Below are positions 27,084-40,356 of a stretch of 64,000 nucleotides of DNA, in pieces. Made by a program: the position numbers and the translations under genes. Each line of letters opens with the position of its first letter. The first letter of the stretch is position 1. Under the pieces are notes generated by a model that worked only from the letters and a program-made list of their open reading frames with translations, did no database searches and was not told the DNA's origin. This stretch comes from the human T2T-CHM13v2.0 reference genome, Homo sapiens, in NCBI RefSeq assembly GCF_009914755.1, contig NC_060929.1; one strand, written 5' to 3'.

Positions 27084-29124
27084 TATCTGATTACTCTTAC
27101 TGGTTTGTTATTCACCTTTTTTACTTCTCAGCTAATACCTGCCGCTCACAACCAGGCCTCCCTTACACAGCTTGAAATTCTTTGAGTGTTTAGAAGCTGC
27201 TAATGAATTATTTCATATTAATAAAATCTCAGATTTTTCCTGAAACTGACATAATGCTGAACTGTATTTAGCTGGAGAATATCTAAGAGTCTTGTAGTAA
27301 AACAAATACGTTTTAGGTAGGATAGGGGTGAGCGCAATACACTTGGTGGCAGAACTGTCTTTAGGGTATTATAAATCAGAATGACTGTCCCCAGCTCTGC
27401 TTTCTGATTCTCTCAGATTCTGGTGGCTGATGGGCAAGGCTTCACAAGATGAGAGAAGGATGTGTACACAGGCAATGGGGAATTCTCATTAAAATATTTA
27501 TTATCAACTAGGCTTAATAAAGACCAAGAACAAACACTTAGAAGTATCATGCAATCTCTATACTACCATTAAAACCAGGTGACTCATAGAGGGTCCTGAG
27601 GCAGTGCTGGGGTATAGAAACCTAGCAGCATTTAAAATAAATAAGCCAATAAACCTTGCGTATTTACGTGGGGTTATATGTTCTGTTTGCCTTCTGCCCC
27701 TGTCAGTTTCTATGGAGTGCAGTTTGCGCATTTTTCAGTTGATTCAGACTGTCTTTGGAACTTGTATCAACCAGATTTTACCCATGTGGAAATGTGATTA
27801 GGAGGGAAGGGGGACCACACACTGCGATTCGCTTCATGCATACGCAGCTCTATTTTTATTGTATATTAGTCAATGGAAATTAATTGCTAATTATCCAAAC
27901 ATTTCTGTGATAATATTTCAAGCTCTCTTGTAGCAGATGTGGCCTAAACTATATTTGGAAGAGAGTAGATGGTATTATCTTTCTTGATGGAAATGATTGT
28001 GTAGGGCTTTAATATTTTTTTCACCATTTTTTATTTTAGAAAGAAAAAATGACTATCATTCTTTGACAACATTTGTTAAATATTCATACTGACCAGGGTA
28101 ATTATGCACTGAGTATATTAGCAAACATATAACTCTGTCAACTTTAAGAATTTGGGAATGAAATTAAACAGGTTGTGTATAATATATTCAGTTATATGCT
28201 GGTACAGACATATAGATTGTTTAAATAACCATCACCACATTTCATTTGTATTCATTGCCAGTGACAGACTTCCCTCATTTTGGGACTCTCATAATGAATT
28301 ATTCTTTTTTATTGCATTAGGTGTCTTTCCTTCAATGTTTGAACATTGCTTTTTCATTCCCCCTTTATGAATGCTAATAATATACTGGGTAGAGCACTGG
28401 CTATTTTTAGTTATTCAGCATTTCTTTATATTTATACTCTGAACAAACTTGAGGGAGTTTAGCTCTGATTAAAACAGATAATTTTCTCTTTTTAAAAAAG
28501 AATAATGTGGGACTGATACATAGCAAGGACAAAAGGAATTTGATGGGCACAGTGTCAAAGCTTAATTGTGTCAATAATTATTTGTGTATTAGTGCCAAGT
28601 TTTTAATGAGGAGTAGTCACTTGTGTGTAATCATTATCAATGACAAGTAGTTAAAATATCTTCATGAAGTGGCAAACTCGGAGGGGGGGGATGAAACCAT
28701 ATTAACATTGCCTACAGTTCTTTACATACTAGCACATCTGAAATCTATGAGTAGAGTTAATATTAAAAAACGGAAAAAGCTGCAAGAATGTCGCTATGTG
28801 TGTGTAGATACGTGTGTTCATATAAGATTTGTTTCCATGCTGTGAACATGTGTTGTTTGTTTTGGGGTTGCAGTCTAACCTTGCTAAAGTCTTTTTAAAG
28901 GAAAGACTCTGCCAACTTGCTCACTAAGCTGTCACTCCTGCCCAGAGACCTAGACCTGTTTAGGTACATCCTCATTTTCCATGTTAAGATAATGGCACTT
29001 CTTTTTTCATATTTGTGCTTCCAAGTCATTGAGTCTCATCATCCACTATCCTGAGTGCTGTTGTTCTACTTTATTCTACATCCTGCCACTTTCCAGGTGG
29101 CAAGCTCTCAACTTTTATCCATAT

Positions 29125-29508
29125 ATATATAAATAATAAATATAAATAAAATAAAGACTAAGAACAAACACATAGAAGTATCATTCAATCTCTCTCTATG
29201 TATATGCAATCTCAATATATATATATTGAGACGGAGTCTCACTCTTTCACCCAGGCTGGAGTGCAGTGGCACGATCTCGGCTCACTGCAGCCTCCTCCAC
29301 TCGGGTTCAAGTGATTCTCCTGCCTCAGCCTATGGAGTAGCTGGGATTACAGGCACGCACCACTATGCCCAGCTAATTTTTTGTATTTTTAGTAGAGACG
29401 GGGTTTCACCATGTTGGCCAGGTTGGTCTCAAACTCCTGACTTCGTGATCCGTCCACCTTGGACTCCCAAAGTGCTGAGATTACAGGCATGAGCCATTTC
29501 TCCCAGCC
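29125..29508 (-). mobile_element. AluS with complex AT-rich tail
   Basis: Alu body 29226-29508; probable TSD ttatccatat 29115-29124 / ttattcatat 29509-29518. Confidence 0.93.
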
Positions 29509-30349
29509 TTATTCATATTTTTAAGCCAGCGAATCTGAGTGGCCCTCACTGCTAGTCCTATAGAAGAGTGAGGAATTAACAGGAGCCCTGAAGCATCTGC
29601 GGGAACATTGAGTTTGGCAGTAGCCTAAATACCTGTTTTCTATCTCTACAATGTGTGATATAAAATGTAAGCTTTAGTAGTCACATGGCAGAAGTCTGGA
29701 CACTAGTCCACATAAGTATTGCCCACACTGTCCATTTGCTTGGTGTCCTTGTAAATGTTGTTATCTGCATCATCTAGCCTCAAATTGTGAATTAGGGCAA
29801 TCCAAATCTGTGCAGTCCTGTTGTGTTTACAGGCATGGAAATGAACTTTTATTTACTGATGACCACAATGAGGCTTCGATATGACCATGAATACGGGTAA
29901 TTGAGACAATAGCTATAAAATGGTTTGCTTGGCAAGAATGTCCACACAGAAACACAAATTATGGATTTTTCTAATTGTGTTCGCCTTTACCCAGAATTCA
30001 CAATTAGCAGTAGTGGGGATCATTAATAGGTTTTCTATGCTTTTACCACCATTCGTTGGGATGCCTGTATTTTATCTTCTTTATTATAGTTTCATTCATT
30101 CTGATCTTACCTTTGTGTATGGTGTTTTCTGGAACTGGAAATCTGTTATCTCATGTATTGTGGTGTTATAAGAAAGATTTTTTCCCACTTCTTTTGGTTT
30201 CTTAACAGTAAACTCTTTCTTGTATGAATATTCACTGAGAGGGGAAAAAGCATGAAGTGGTTGCTAGTAGCAGATTTTGAGTAGGCCTTAACCACTGAGT
30301 TGAAGTCTGGAGACTTGCTGACATTTTGCAAATAGTTTTTAGAACAAAA

Positions 30350-30920
30350 TGTCAGATGATGGGAGCTTTACATCATGCAAGAGTAACTTGTGCAGCTGAT
30401 GCTAACTAAGCCGATTCTTACAAAGCCGTGCAAGGATGGATGACCACTGCGCTTTTAAAAGAACTAATTATATCCACATATATATGCAACACTTCACATT
30501 TCGCACTTGCTTTGCTTTGCCTGGCTTATATACGAGATGCAGTTGACTGGCACTTTTACCAACCAATCAAATGCTGGCAAACTGGCGTTATTTTTAAAAA
30601 GAGCCATTGGTGATGAGACGTCATTACATATGCAAACTTTGGACCAATGGCATGACCGCCCTTCTGTGATCGCTCATCAAGGCAGCTGTGCTGTATTCAC
30701 ATTGAAATGAGGGGGTTTTTTAAACCCAAGCAGCTGTATTATTCATACTTAAAATAAAAGCTTAGTTTCCCCAAACGGGTGTGACGTAAACATCTCATTA
30801 AATATTTTTAATTTTGAAAAAAAAAAATTGTTAAATGGCAAAGAGTACGCTGGTGGTGGGAGCGGTTCGCATTTGTGTGCAAGATTATAGGAGGCTGTCT
30901 TTACACTTCAGCTGCATGGG
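30350..30920. promoter_or_regulatory. Candidate enhancer or alternative promoter
   Basis: Repeat-free block with 4 CAGCTG, 3 CCAAT/ATTGG, two CRE-like sites, an octamer-like site and retained CpGs; motif evidence only. Confidence 0.45.
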
Positions 30921-31454
30921 ATTGTACTCTTCTGACAATCACGGATCTGAGGAGGAAAGCTCTGTGCCACAGGTGGCAATGAATTCAGAAACGTGGGGTG
31001 CACACTCTAGCTGTTATATCACTTCTAATTAAGCGGGCAGTTGTCTCAGAAGGAAGCCCCGGTGCTTTGTTCTGGCCCCCGTTTGTTTTCTTAAGTTAAA
31101 TTTCTCTAATTTTCAAAAGCTAAGCCCAGAGAGGGTTAAATAAATCTTTTGCCTTTAATTTTTTTTTCTTTGGTCTTTCCTCAATTCATTGTGTAGTGTG
31201 ATGTGATGGTCACGTTTTGCCCAACACTTGACACTCCCAAGAGGGTGGCTTAACTTCCCATAGAACAAGAAAGCGGCAGGATCCATTAGGACCTCATCTA
31301 TTTCCTCTTCCTTTTGGAGAATATTGCTTGTTAGCCCGTGCCCATTCACTCATAAGCTGTTAATTAAATAAAGATGGCAGAGTTGACTTTTGCCTCTTAA
31401 TGCAAGAGCTGTCCGTGTGCTGTGACATTAGCTAAGAAAGCATTGCTTTAGTGT

Positions 31455-31915
31455 ATGCTTTAGTTTCCTGTTGTTGCTGTAACAAGCAGTGAATTAAGAC
31501 ACAAATGTATTCCTCTTATAGTTCTGGAGGTTACAAGTACAAGATGAGTCTATGGGGCTAAAATCAAAGTGTTGACGTGGCTTTTTCCTCCATGGAAAAT
31601 TTTAGGGAGAATCCTTTCCTTGTCCTTTATTTCCTTGTCCTTATTATTGCAGTGGCTGCAGGCATTCCTCGGCCCATGTGACATCCGTCCAATCTCCGCT
31701 TTTGCCACATCACCTTCCATTCTCTAGTCAAATTTCCCTCTGCCTCTCTCCTAAGTACCCTTGTGATACTGAGCACACCTGAATACTCCGTAATAATCTC
31801 CTCAAGATCCTTCATTTATTCACAGCTGCAAAATCCCTTTTACCATGTAAGGTAACGTAGTCGCAGTCTTGGGGATTTGGACACGGACATCTTTGGGAGG
31901 CTATTACTCAATCAG
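31455..31915 (-). mobile_element. MaLR solo LTR (MLT1C-like)
   Basis: ttagtttcctgttgttgctgtaaca...atagttctggagg...ccatgtaaggtaac...ggacatctttggg. Confidence 0.85.
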
Positions 31916-34900
31916 CGCAGAGTATATGCTTTGGAGGAAGATGGATCTGGAGTTAAATTCTAACTTTGCCAGTTATCAGCCACATATCCTTGGGAAAGTT
32001 ATTAACCCTCTCAGTTTCTCACCCATAAAACGAGATGCCACTACCAGCTTCACAGATAATGTATGAAAAGCAACAGGCTTTGCAAAGCAGGTGTTCCACA
32101 AATTTAATCCCACCCAACCTTCGAGAAGTAAAGGTAGAAGGAACAGAACATACCACACATCTGACTGGACCAAGTTACTGGTCAATAGAAATGGCTAGTC
32201 TTTTATTTCTTTTTCTTCCTTCAGTGGATTTCACAGTTAGGGAAGTATTGATGCACACGGGGAATTTAGGACATTCTCATATTATTAATGTTATTATGAA
32301 CTGGGGCATTTTCTCGTTGCAGCGCCCCATATTAGGTCACATATACAAATGATTTTTGACAGATCCTTCCGCTGCCCGGCTGTCTTGTGTCATACAATGC
32401 CAATGGGACTGAAAATCCTACGACTGATTCTGCCCCTTGTTGAGAACGATAGCAGTTTGAATTTGATTTGTCCATCTTCTGGGATGATAGTCCATGTTCC
32501 CCTTCAGCACCGCTGAATAGACAATGGGCACCACTTGTATTCTTTACAGCTCGTTCACCTATTATGATGATGATGTCATTATTCACATTATTGCTCTCAT
32601 TATTATTATTATCATTACCCGGTGACCTCTGTCCTGGGGTGGAACTCCCCGTGACAGATGGGAGCTTCGTTTATCGGACTGCTTTATGCTGCACAATTCC
32701 CCTGCCATTCTGAGTTTATATTGAGACGGGCTGCTTTTGGAACAAAGGCAGCCTGATCACAATTTGTCAGTGTACTTGGTAGCTATATATCACCAAAGCT
32801 CTCTGCCAGTCCTTCTGGGACCCAATTATTTATGGAGCTGACAATATGGGCTAACTTGTCTTGTTATGAATGCCACTATTACAATAAAAACCTTGCTATC
32901 GTGAATGGCAAGTCAACAGGCGTTCTGGTTGGTCAGAAATTTCATTAACTAAGAGTTAATTCACATTGCCCCGGGTGATCGCTTGATGCCCCAGGTGAGT
33001 TGATGAGATCCCTGGGGAAAGTTCTATTTCAATATTCTTTTCTGTCCAGACTTGGGAAATCTGTTGATAACTTTAGTTTCTGTGGCTTCTGTGTAACGCA
33101 GGTTCGGTTCTTAACGGTTAAGAAACAGTGTTCATTCTGAGCCTGCTATCGACAGAGGAGTTTACCAAGTACTCTGCGGAGTGGAAATGAAATGAAAGAC
33201 TTGACCTCTCCCTATAAAGTGCTTATAATTGAATGAGGGGAACGATCCAACTCAAATCTATACTTACCAACTCAGATGATGGAGAAATAAATATCAACAG
33301 AGTCCAGCTTGACTGCCTTGAGCCTGAAAACGGACTCGAATCCCATTCCGGGGAAGTAACTCCTTTATTCTCCGATATTCTTCACTAGCCCTTATGTCAC
33401 ACTGATTTTAAATCCAATCCCTCATCTCTGCTTTTAAGACACCTCAGAAGAACACTGAAAAGAAAGGAAACTAATTAGACCTAAAATAAATTTTCTTGGG
33501 GGAATATATGTCCCACACTTGGAGATGAATTAAAAAAAATGAAACAATCATGATTTTATAGAAAATATAGAGTATTATTTTTAGGACACTAGATGGTACA
33601 TTTGTGACATCAGAAGGAATGGAGGAACACATTCGCAGTGATAGAACGTTTGAATTTGAATTCTCTGGCATACTGATTGGCAGGGTCTAAGTACAACATC
33701 TGTAGTACAAATATAGAGCATATTTACAGACACACCTTTTTCCTAAAGCATGTGCTTTAGTTGTACACAGAATTATTTTTGTCCCTTTTTCTTTTATTAA
33801 AATAGTCTTTGAACTAGGCATAGTGCTTAAAAGATTAGATCGTATAGGGAAACATAACATATTGTATTTAAATATGCTAATCTCTTAGAGGAAATGAAGG
33901 ATCTGAGCCTGCTCATTAAGAAATAAATTAATTCATCACCATTGCATTCATCATCAATCATCATCCAGTTGTGTCCAGTTTTCAATTAAGTTTTTCCAAA
34001 CTGCTTTGTGCCTTTACCAAAAGGACTGATTATCTCTGATGATGATTTTTTGTGGGTATTCGGATGTTGATGGCAGTTGAATTGGCATAAACATGCTGAA
34101 TGTCTTTTTTATTCAAGTAGTTAAGCAGTAGCAGCTCAGTGCATACAAATACATTATGATGACAAGTTAAAAAATTCTTATTTTTTAAGATGTATATAGG
34201 TGGCCAAATACCCACCTTTCAGATTGACAGGGAATATTTCATATGTTCACACCTAAAACCAATGCAAACATTGAATGTTTATTATATATACATTGTTCTT
34301 TCATCCATGAATCACTCACTGAGCCAGTATTTAGGAAACACCCGTAAGTTTCTGGTATTGTACTAGGTGCTAAATGTACATCAATAAATGCAATTGACAT
34401 TATTCCTACCTTGATGGAGCATCTAGTCTAGATGCTAGACAATGCATTATTAATTTTAATGACTATACACCCTCAACCTGGTTTTTTTCTCAGGATAAAC
34501 ACCAAAAGTCATGATTACTTTACCAATGACCCTGTAGGTATAGCCAAGCCTCCTTATTCTTGGAGTTAATGAACATTCCATGCTAGAGGAGAACGATTTC
34601 TGACTATCTCTTTAAGGTTTCCATGCAGAATGAGGATGTATGAAAATGACTCACCATGCCTGCCACTTATCTCTAGATTCCTATAACATGAAGATGATCA
34701 CAATCTGCCATCGTGCTGTTAAAATGATGCATAACCCAACCAGCACTCTGAAATGATCGAGTATTATTGCAGCCTCTTACAAGTTGGGCACTGAGATAAT
34801 TTGGCTAGTGTTGGAGAAAGAATGTTCCACAACCCCTGTGGCTCACCCTGCATTGAATAAATATGGCATGCTGCTGCTTTTGTTCTCCTTGTGTATGAAA

Positions 34901-35684
34901 GAGCAATTAATGTGTCAAAAAAGAAAAATCACAAAATGTGCATACTTTTTCCCCTATGAAAATTGCAGGACTATGTTCAGTCTGCCTTAAAATTATTGTA
35001 AAACATTACAGGATGTTGTTATTTTTGAAATATTAGATAACTTGAGGTTGACATTACATTTCTTTTGGTGACTTCATGATTTCTGTGTCCATTAACAATC
35101 CTATAGTGAGTTTATATATTTCTTTATAAATGCCATTGGGCTACCAATGTTTACATAGACATCCAGGTATATATTTTCTTTACTTAAATAGTTGAAATGA
35201 AATATTTTTTAAATGCAAACATCTGTAGTTTTTAGTTAAGAGAAAGAACCACGCATAGGGCCAGCCTGCTACAATTCTTGCTTTCTAGTCCATTATTTTC
35301 CTGATATTCAGGTGCCTTCTTAGAAAGACTCATGAAATCGTGGTAAAAAGGGATTCCAATATTGGTTTCCTCCTGCTAGTATTTGGAGGGAGGAAAGGGG
35401 AAAAAAGGAGTTCAAAGTTTTTCTTTGTCCATTTTGTCTGCTAATGTAGCCCAAGCAACTCAATTAATTCAATATTCTGGACCATAGTATGTGCTCAATA
35501 TATGTGTGTGATTTGAATGAATAAATGAATTTATCCTCTTAATAATAAAATTTATTACCAGGAGCTCAAGAAGAGTGGTAGGCTTGTGAGTATCTTGACA
35601 AATACTAAGTTAGTCAGTTAATTTTTCTTTATAAGTTATATTAGGATGACTTTTAAATTTTAAAAAGAAAAAATGAATATTTTC

Positions 35685-35839
35685 TTTTTTTTATACTTTA
35701 AGTTTTAGGGTACATGTGCACAAGGTGCAGGTTAGTTACATATGTATACATGTGCCATGTTGGTGTGCTGCACCCATTAACTCGTTATTTAACATTAGGT
35801 ATATATCCTAATGCTATCCCTCCCCCCTCCACCCACCCT
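35685..35839 (-). mobile_element. L1PA 3' end, about 155 bp, 5'-truncated
   Basis: ttatactttaagttttagggtacatgtgcac...gctatccctcccccct; TSD aatattttc 35676-35684 / 35840-35848. Confidence 0.95.
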
Positions 35840-36149
35840 AATATTTTCATTTAAGGCTGTTGAATTATATGTTTGCTTTTTTTCTCCCCTGATAGATTGC
35901 AACCTCCCAGAGGCCTGTCCTGTTCACTTATGTATCCAGTGCCCAGGATAATCTGGCATGAATTACTTCTTCAGTTGTTATTTATCTAGTGGATTTTCCA
36001 GCCAGCAAAATGATCTGGGGTGTATCTGGAAAATGCACACATTAACAAATATTAGATAGCGAGTGTGCCTCTACATAATATTATGTGGAATATTTTAAAG
36101 AAGATTACATTCCTGAAATCTTGAACAGATACACAGAGTATAGACCGGG

Positions 36150-36640
36150 ATGGTGTGGCCCATTCTTCTTTCTGTGCTCTGATCTTCCTAAACTCTCTCT
36201 CCATCTTTTAATACTCTAGCAACACAGACCTGATTCCCAGGGTCCAGCACAGATCACATGGCCTCTCCGTGCCATATTTGTCAGGTTTCTTCTCTGGGAA
36301 TAACCTGTGCTGCTCTTCCTGATCCATTTTCTCCTGTTCTAGCTGTTTCTACTTATTTTTGAAGACTCAACTCAATCAATTCCTCTTTCAGAAAATCTTC
36401 CTTATCTCTCCTTCCAACGCTTCCCAGACTGCAGCATCCTCATTTTTCTTCCATCTGTGATTATCTTTGTCCTAATTGCATTGACTATGATGATCTGCTT
36501 GTATGCTATTCTCTTCCACTAGGCTTGTGAGTATCTTGAGGACAAGGATTATTTTATTCACTGCCATATCCTCAGTGCTTGAAGGAGGGCATGGCACAAA
36601 GTGAAGGGAAGGAGAGGAAGGATGGATGAAAGAATGAAAA
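36150..36640 (+). mobile_element. L2 3' fragment
   Basis: gaagactcaactcaa...ccactaggcttgtgagtatcttgaggacaagg...gcatggcaca. Confidence 0.7.
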
Positions 36641-37192
36641 GATAAAAGGAAGGAAGGAAGGACAGGACAAGGAAAACACCCAGAGAAAACTCTTTAATGA
36701 CTATTATAAAGTAAATAGTCTCCACTGGAGAATACACCATAAGTTAGAAAAGGGAGGGGAAAATACAGGGTTTTAAAAAGTTACTGTGGGCCTGTGAGTC
36801 TTGATCTGTATAAAAGACACCATCCACTTTCTTCTGCTTACTCTATGGCCTACTCATTTCTCATCCTGTCTATTCCCCCTTTCCTTTCAGCAACCATCAT
36901 CATAAAACTTTGATGTATTTTAAAGGCCATTTAAATGGTTGAACTAGTGGTGAAATTTAATTTCTGCTTCTATTATATTAAGATTGTTACAAGCTTGTTT
37001 CCGTTAGTCCAGGAAAAAAATTATTATGGGCAAATAAAAGAATTTTTGTTATGTGAGGAGCTTAAATATTCAAGCTTGGGGTCAAGTAAATTTAATGAGT
37101 GTATTATTTTGATTTCAAAACACATATTAAGGGTGAGAACAGTGTTCTTGTCCTAGAATTGAGTGTTTATGAATTGACTTTTTCAAGATGTC

Positions 37193-37410
37193 ATAATAAT
37201 AGCTAACACTCACATAGTGCTTACTATGCCAGCAACTATTCTAAATGCTTTATTCATTTACTTCTCACAACAACCAACTAATCAATTATTTGTCTTTTAT
37301 AATTGAGGAAACTAACATACATAGAGGTTAATGTGTCCAAGGTTCTACATCTTATATGAAGCTTAGTTGAAATTCTAACCCACATAGTTTAGATTCAAGG
37401 CTAATCCTGT
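37193..37410 (-). mobile_element. MIR SINE
   Basis: ataataatagctaacact...gtgcttactatgccag...tgaggaaacta. Confidence 0.85.
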
Positions 37411-38177
37411 AAAACCTCTCACAAGATTTCAACCTAGAGCCTGGATAACACAAAAGCTCATTCAATGTAATGACTGCAGCAAGCACAATTATGTTCAATA
37501 TAATAAGCCAATATCTTATGATTACAATTTCACTTTCAAGAAAATGATGGAGTGAGCTTGGCCATTTAAGTACATTATTTAATGTAATCATCACAACAAT
37601 CTTATGAGATTGGTGATAATTTTTTCCAAAACTCACTTCACAAGAACTCAGGGTATGTCTGGTGGTTGAGTCAGGACTACAAACAGATATCTTTCAAGCC
37701 TCTCCTGGCTTTTCTCAGTAAATCTGTGAATTTAACATGTATTTTATTAAACCTCTCCTCCAGTCGAGATTATTAAACATTGCCAAATCTTTTATTCTTA
37801 GAAAGCAGATTGGGAGGACAGACTAATAAAGGGGATCTTGGGGATCCCTGCCAAGTGGAGATCAATTAAAAAGGAAAAACAGTGGAATTGATGGCATTTC
37901 TAAAACATTATTATTTTTTTCAATGGGGAAAGTTTTATGAACATGCCAACATTTAGCAAGGTGCCCATTGAGTACCATGAGACATACCAAGAGAGAAATC
38001 ACTAGCTGGCCATGGAGTGCTCTCCAACATTTCACTTTTCTGACTTCTGAGCATAGTTCAAAGGAAGTAGAGAAGTGTTTCTTCTAAAGCTGCTACCTAA
38101 TGACTACGTTACAACTACGTGTGAGAAACGCAAAAACCTAAATATTTACAGCTAAAAAGCAAATGCTTTTCTTCTTC

Positions 38178-38475
<298 letters not shown>

Positions 38476-39247
38476 TGCTTTTCTTCTTAAAAATGTACCT
38501 TAAACCCTTTGGTAATGTGCAGTTTTCCATGCTGTGGGAGGTCAATAAATCCCTGTTGACTCTCTTCACATTCAGCAGCTCCAAGTCGAAAGGAAAGACA
38601 CCATATCCATCCAGGCATTGCACACACTACGGCTTTTTCACATGCTCCATTTAGATGCCTAGTAGTTAAGCCAGTGTGGTATGTGGGGCCCAGTTTTGAA
38701 CCACTGATGGATGCTCTTGTATACAAAATTTGCCACTTTTTTGTCAGAGAAATAATCACATTGGAAAAGACAAGACACTAGGCATGCTTTCAAGCTGTTC
38801 TGATTTCTCGTATGTATTTATGAACCACACATTGTATTTTCTTTTTCTTCACAAGGAAACTTACATGGTATGAAGCAGAAATTTTATTATGAAGCTTATT
38901 CACATTTACAATCTGAAGAAGACTGGAAAGCCGCATACCTGCACTTAGAATATCATTATAATGATCATCTCATGCACATACGTGGTTCAAATCTGCTTGT
39001 GAAATCATCTTGAGATTTATTATATGAAAGACTTTATTTAACAGTAACGTGAAAGCTAGTAGGAGGAAAATATTATTTTCTCTCAAACTGGGAATTAAAT
39101 TTCAACATTCGGTTTTATGGGTCCAAAATGGAGGTATAGTTTTAAAATAGTTCTACAATTTCTTAGCTGTTATATAGTGTTAAACCTGAAGGGATCCTCT
39201 TACCTGTAGTCCAGGATAAATAGATGTATATTTGGCATTTCTAGATA

Positions 39248-39616
39248 CAGTAGTTCCTTCTTATTCCTGGGGGATATATTCCAAGACTCCCAGTTGATAC
39301 TTGAAACCTCGGATAGTGCTGAACCCTTGAAAGTGTTGAAAGTGGCTTTCAACCTCATAATGGAGGCAGCTCCTAAGTGACTAATGTGCAGGTAGTGTAT
39401 AAAGTGTGGATTCGCTGGACAAGAGGATGACTCACCTCTAGGGCAGGACAGAGCAGGACAGCAGGAGATTCTATCAGAATACTCAGAATAGTGCTCACTT
39501 TGATACTTCTACATTGTTTATTTCTGGAATTTTTCACGTAGTATTTTTGGACCACAATTGACCATGGGTAACTGAAAGCATGGGAAGTAGAACCTCAGAT
39601 AAGGGGGACATTACTG
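39248..39616 (-). mobile_element. MER44-like (TcMar-Tigger) element
   Basis: Degenerate terminal inverted repeats cagtagttccttcttat / ataagggggacattactg; TA on the left flank. Confidence 0.75.
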
Positions 39617-39756
39617 TGTATTCAAATAAGTCCTGAAGTAATATGTCCTGGTTACTGGAGATTAGCTTGCCCACCCTTAAGAATATTTGGTGACTTATAC
39701 TACTTTGAGGTTTTATTTATTTTTGCCTGAACTGGCCATCACAATCAATGAATACA

Positions 39757-39780
39757 TACACACACACACACACACACACA
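39757..39780. repeat. (CA)n microsatellite
   Basis: Direct reading. Confidence 0.95.
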
Positions 39781-39788
39781 GATACACA

Positions 39789-40288
39789 TAGCTGACCCCT
39801 GAACAGTGCAGGGGTTAGGAGCACTGACCTCCTACACAAGTGAAAATCCCCACATACCTTTTGACTCCCCCCAAACTTAACTACTCATTGCCTGTTGTGA
39901 ACCAGAAACCTTACCGAGAACGTAAGCAGTTGATTAACACGTATTTCATGTTATATATATTATATACTGTATTCTTACTATAAAGTAAAGTAAGCTAGGG
40001 AAAAAAGTTATTAAGAATTATAAGGAAGAGAAAATATATTTAGTGTTTATTAAATGGAAGTGGATGATCATAAATGTCTTCATCCTCGTCATCTTCAAAC
40101 GTTGAGTAGACTCAGGAGGAGAAGGAAGATGAGGGGTTCGTCTTGCTGTCTCAGGGGTGGAAGAGGGGGAGGAGGTGGAAGGGGAGACACGAGAGGGCAG
40201 GCACATTCAGTGTCATTTTCATTGAAAAATAATTCCCCGTATAAGTGGACCTGTGCAGTTCAAATCTGTGTTGTTCAAGGGTCAACTC
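39789..40288 (-). mobile_element. Tigger2a/MER28-like element
   Basis: TIRs tagctgacccctgaaca / tgttcaagggtcaact; internal ttttgactccccccaaacttaactact. Confidence 0.85.
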
Positions 40289-40325
40289 TCTCTATATATT
40301 TCCTTTAGCTGTGATATGGCTTTAA

Positions 40326-40356
<31 letters not shown>

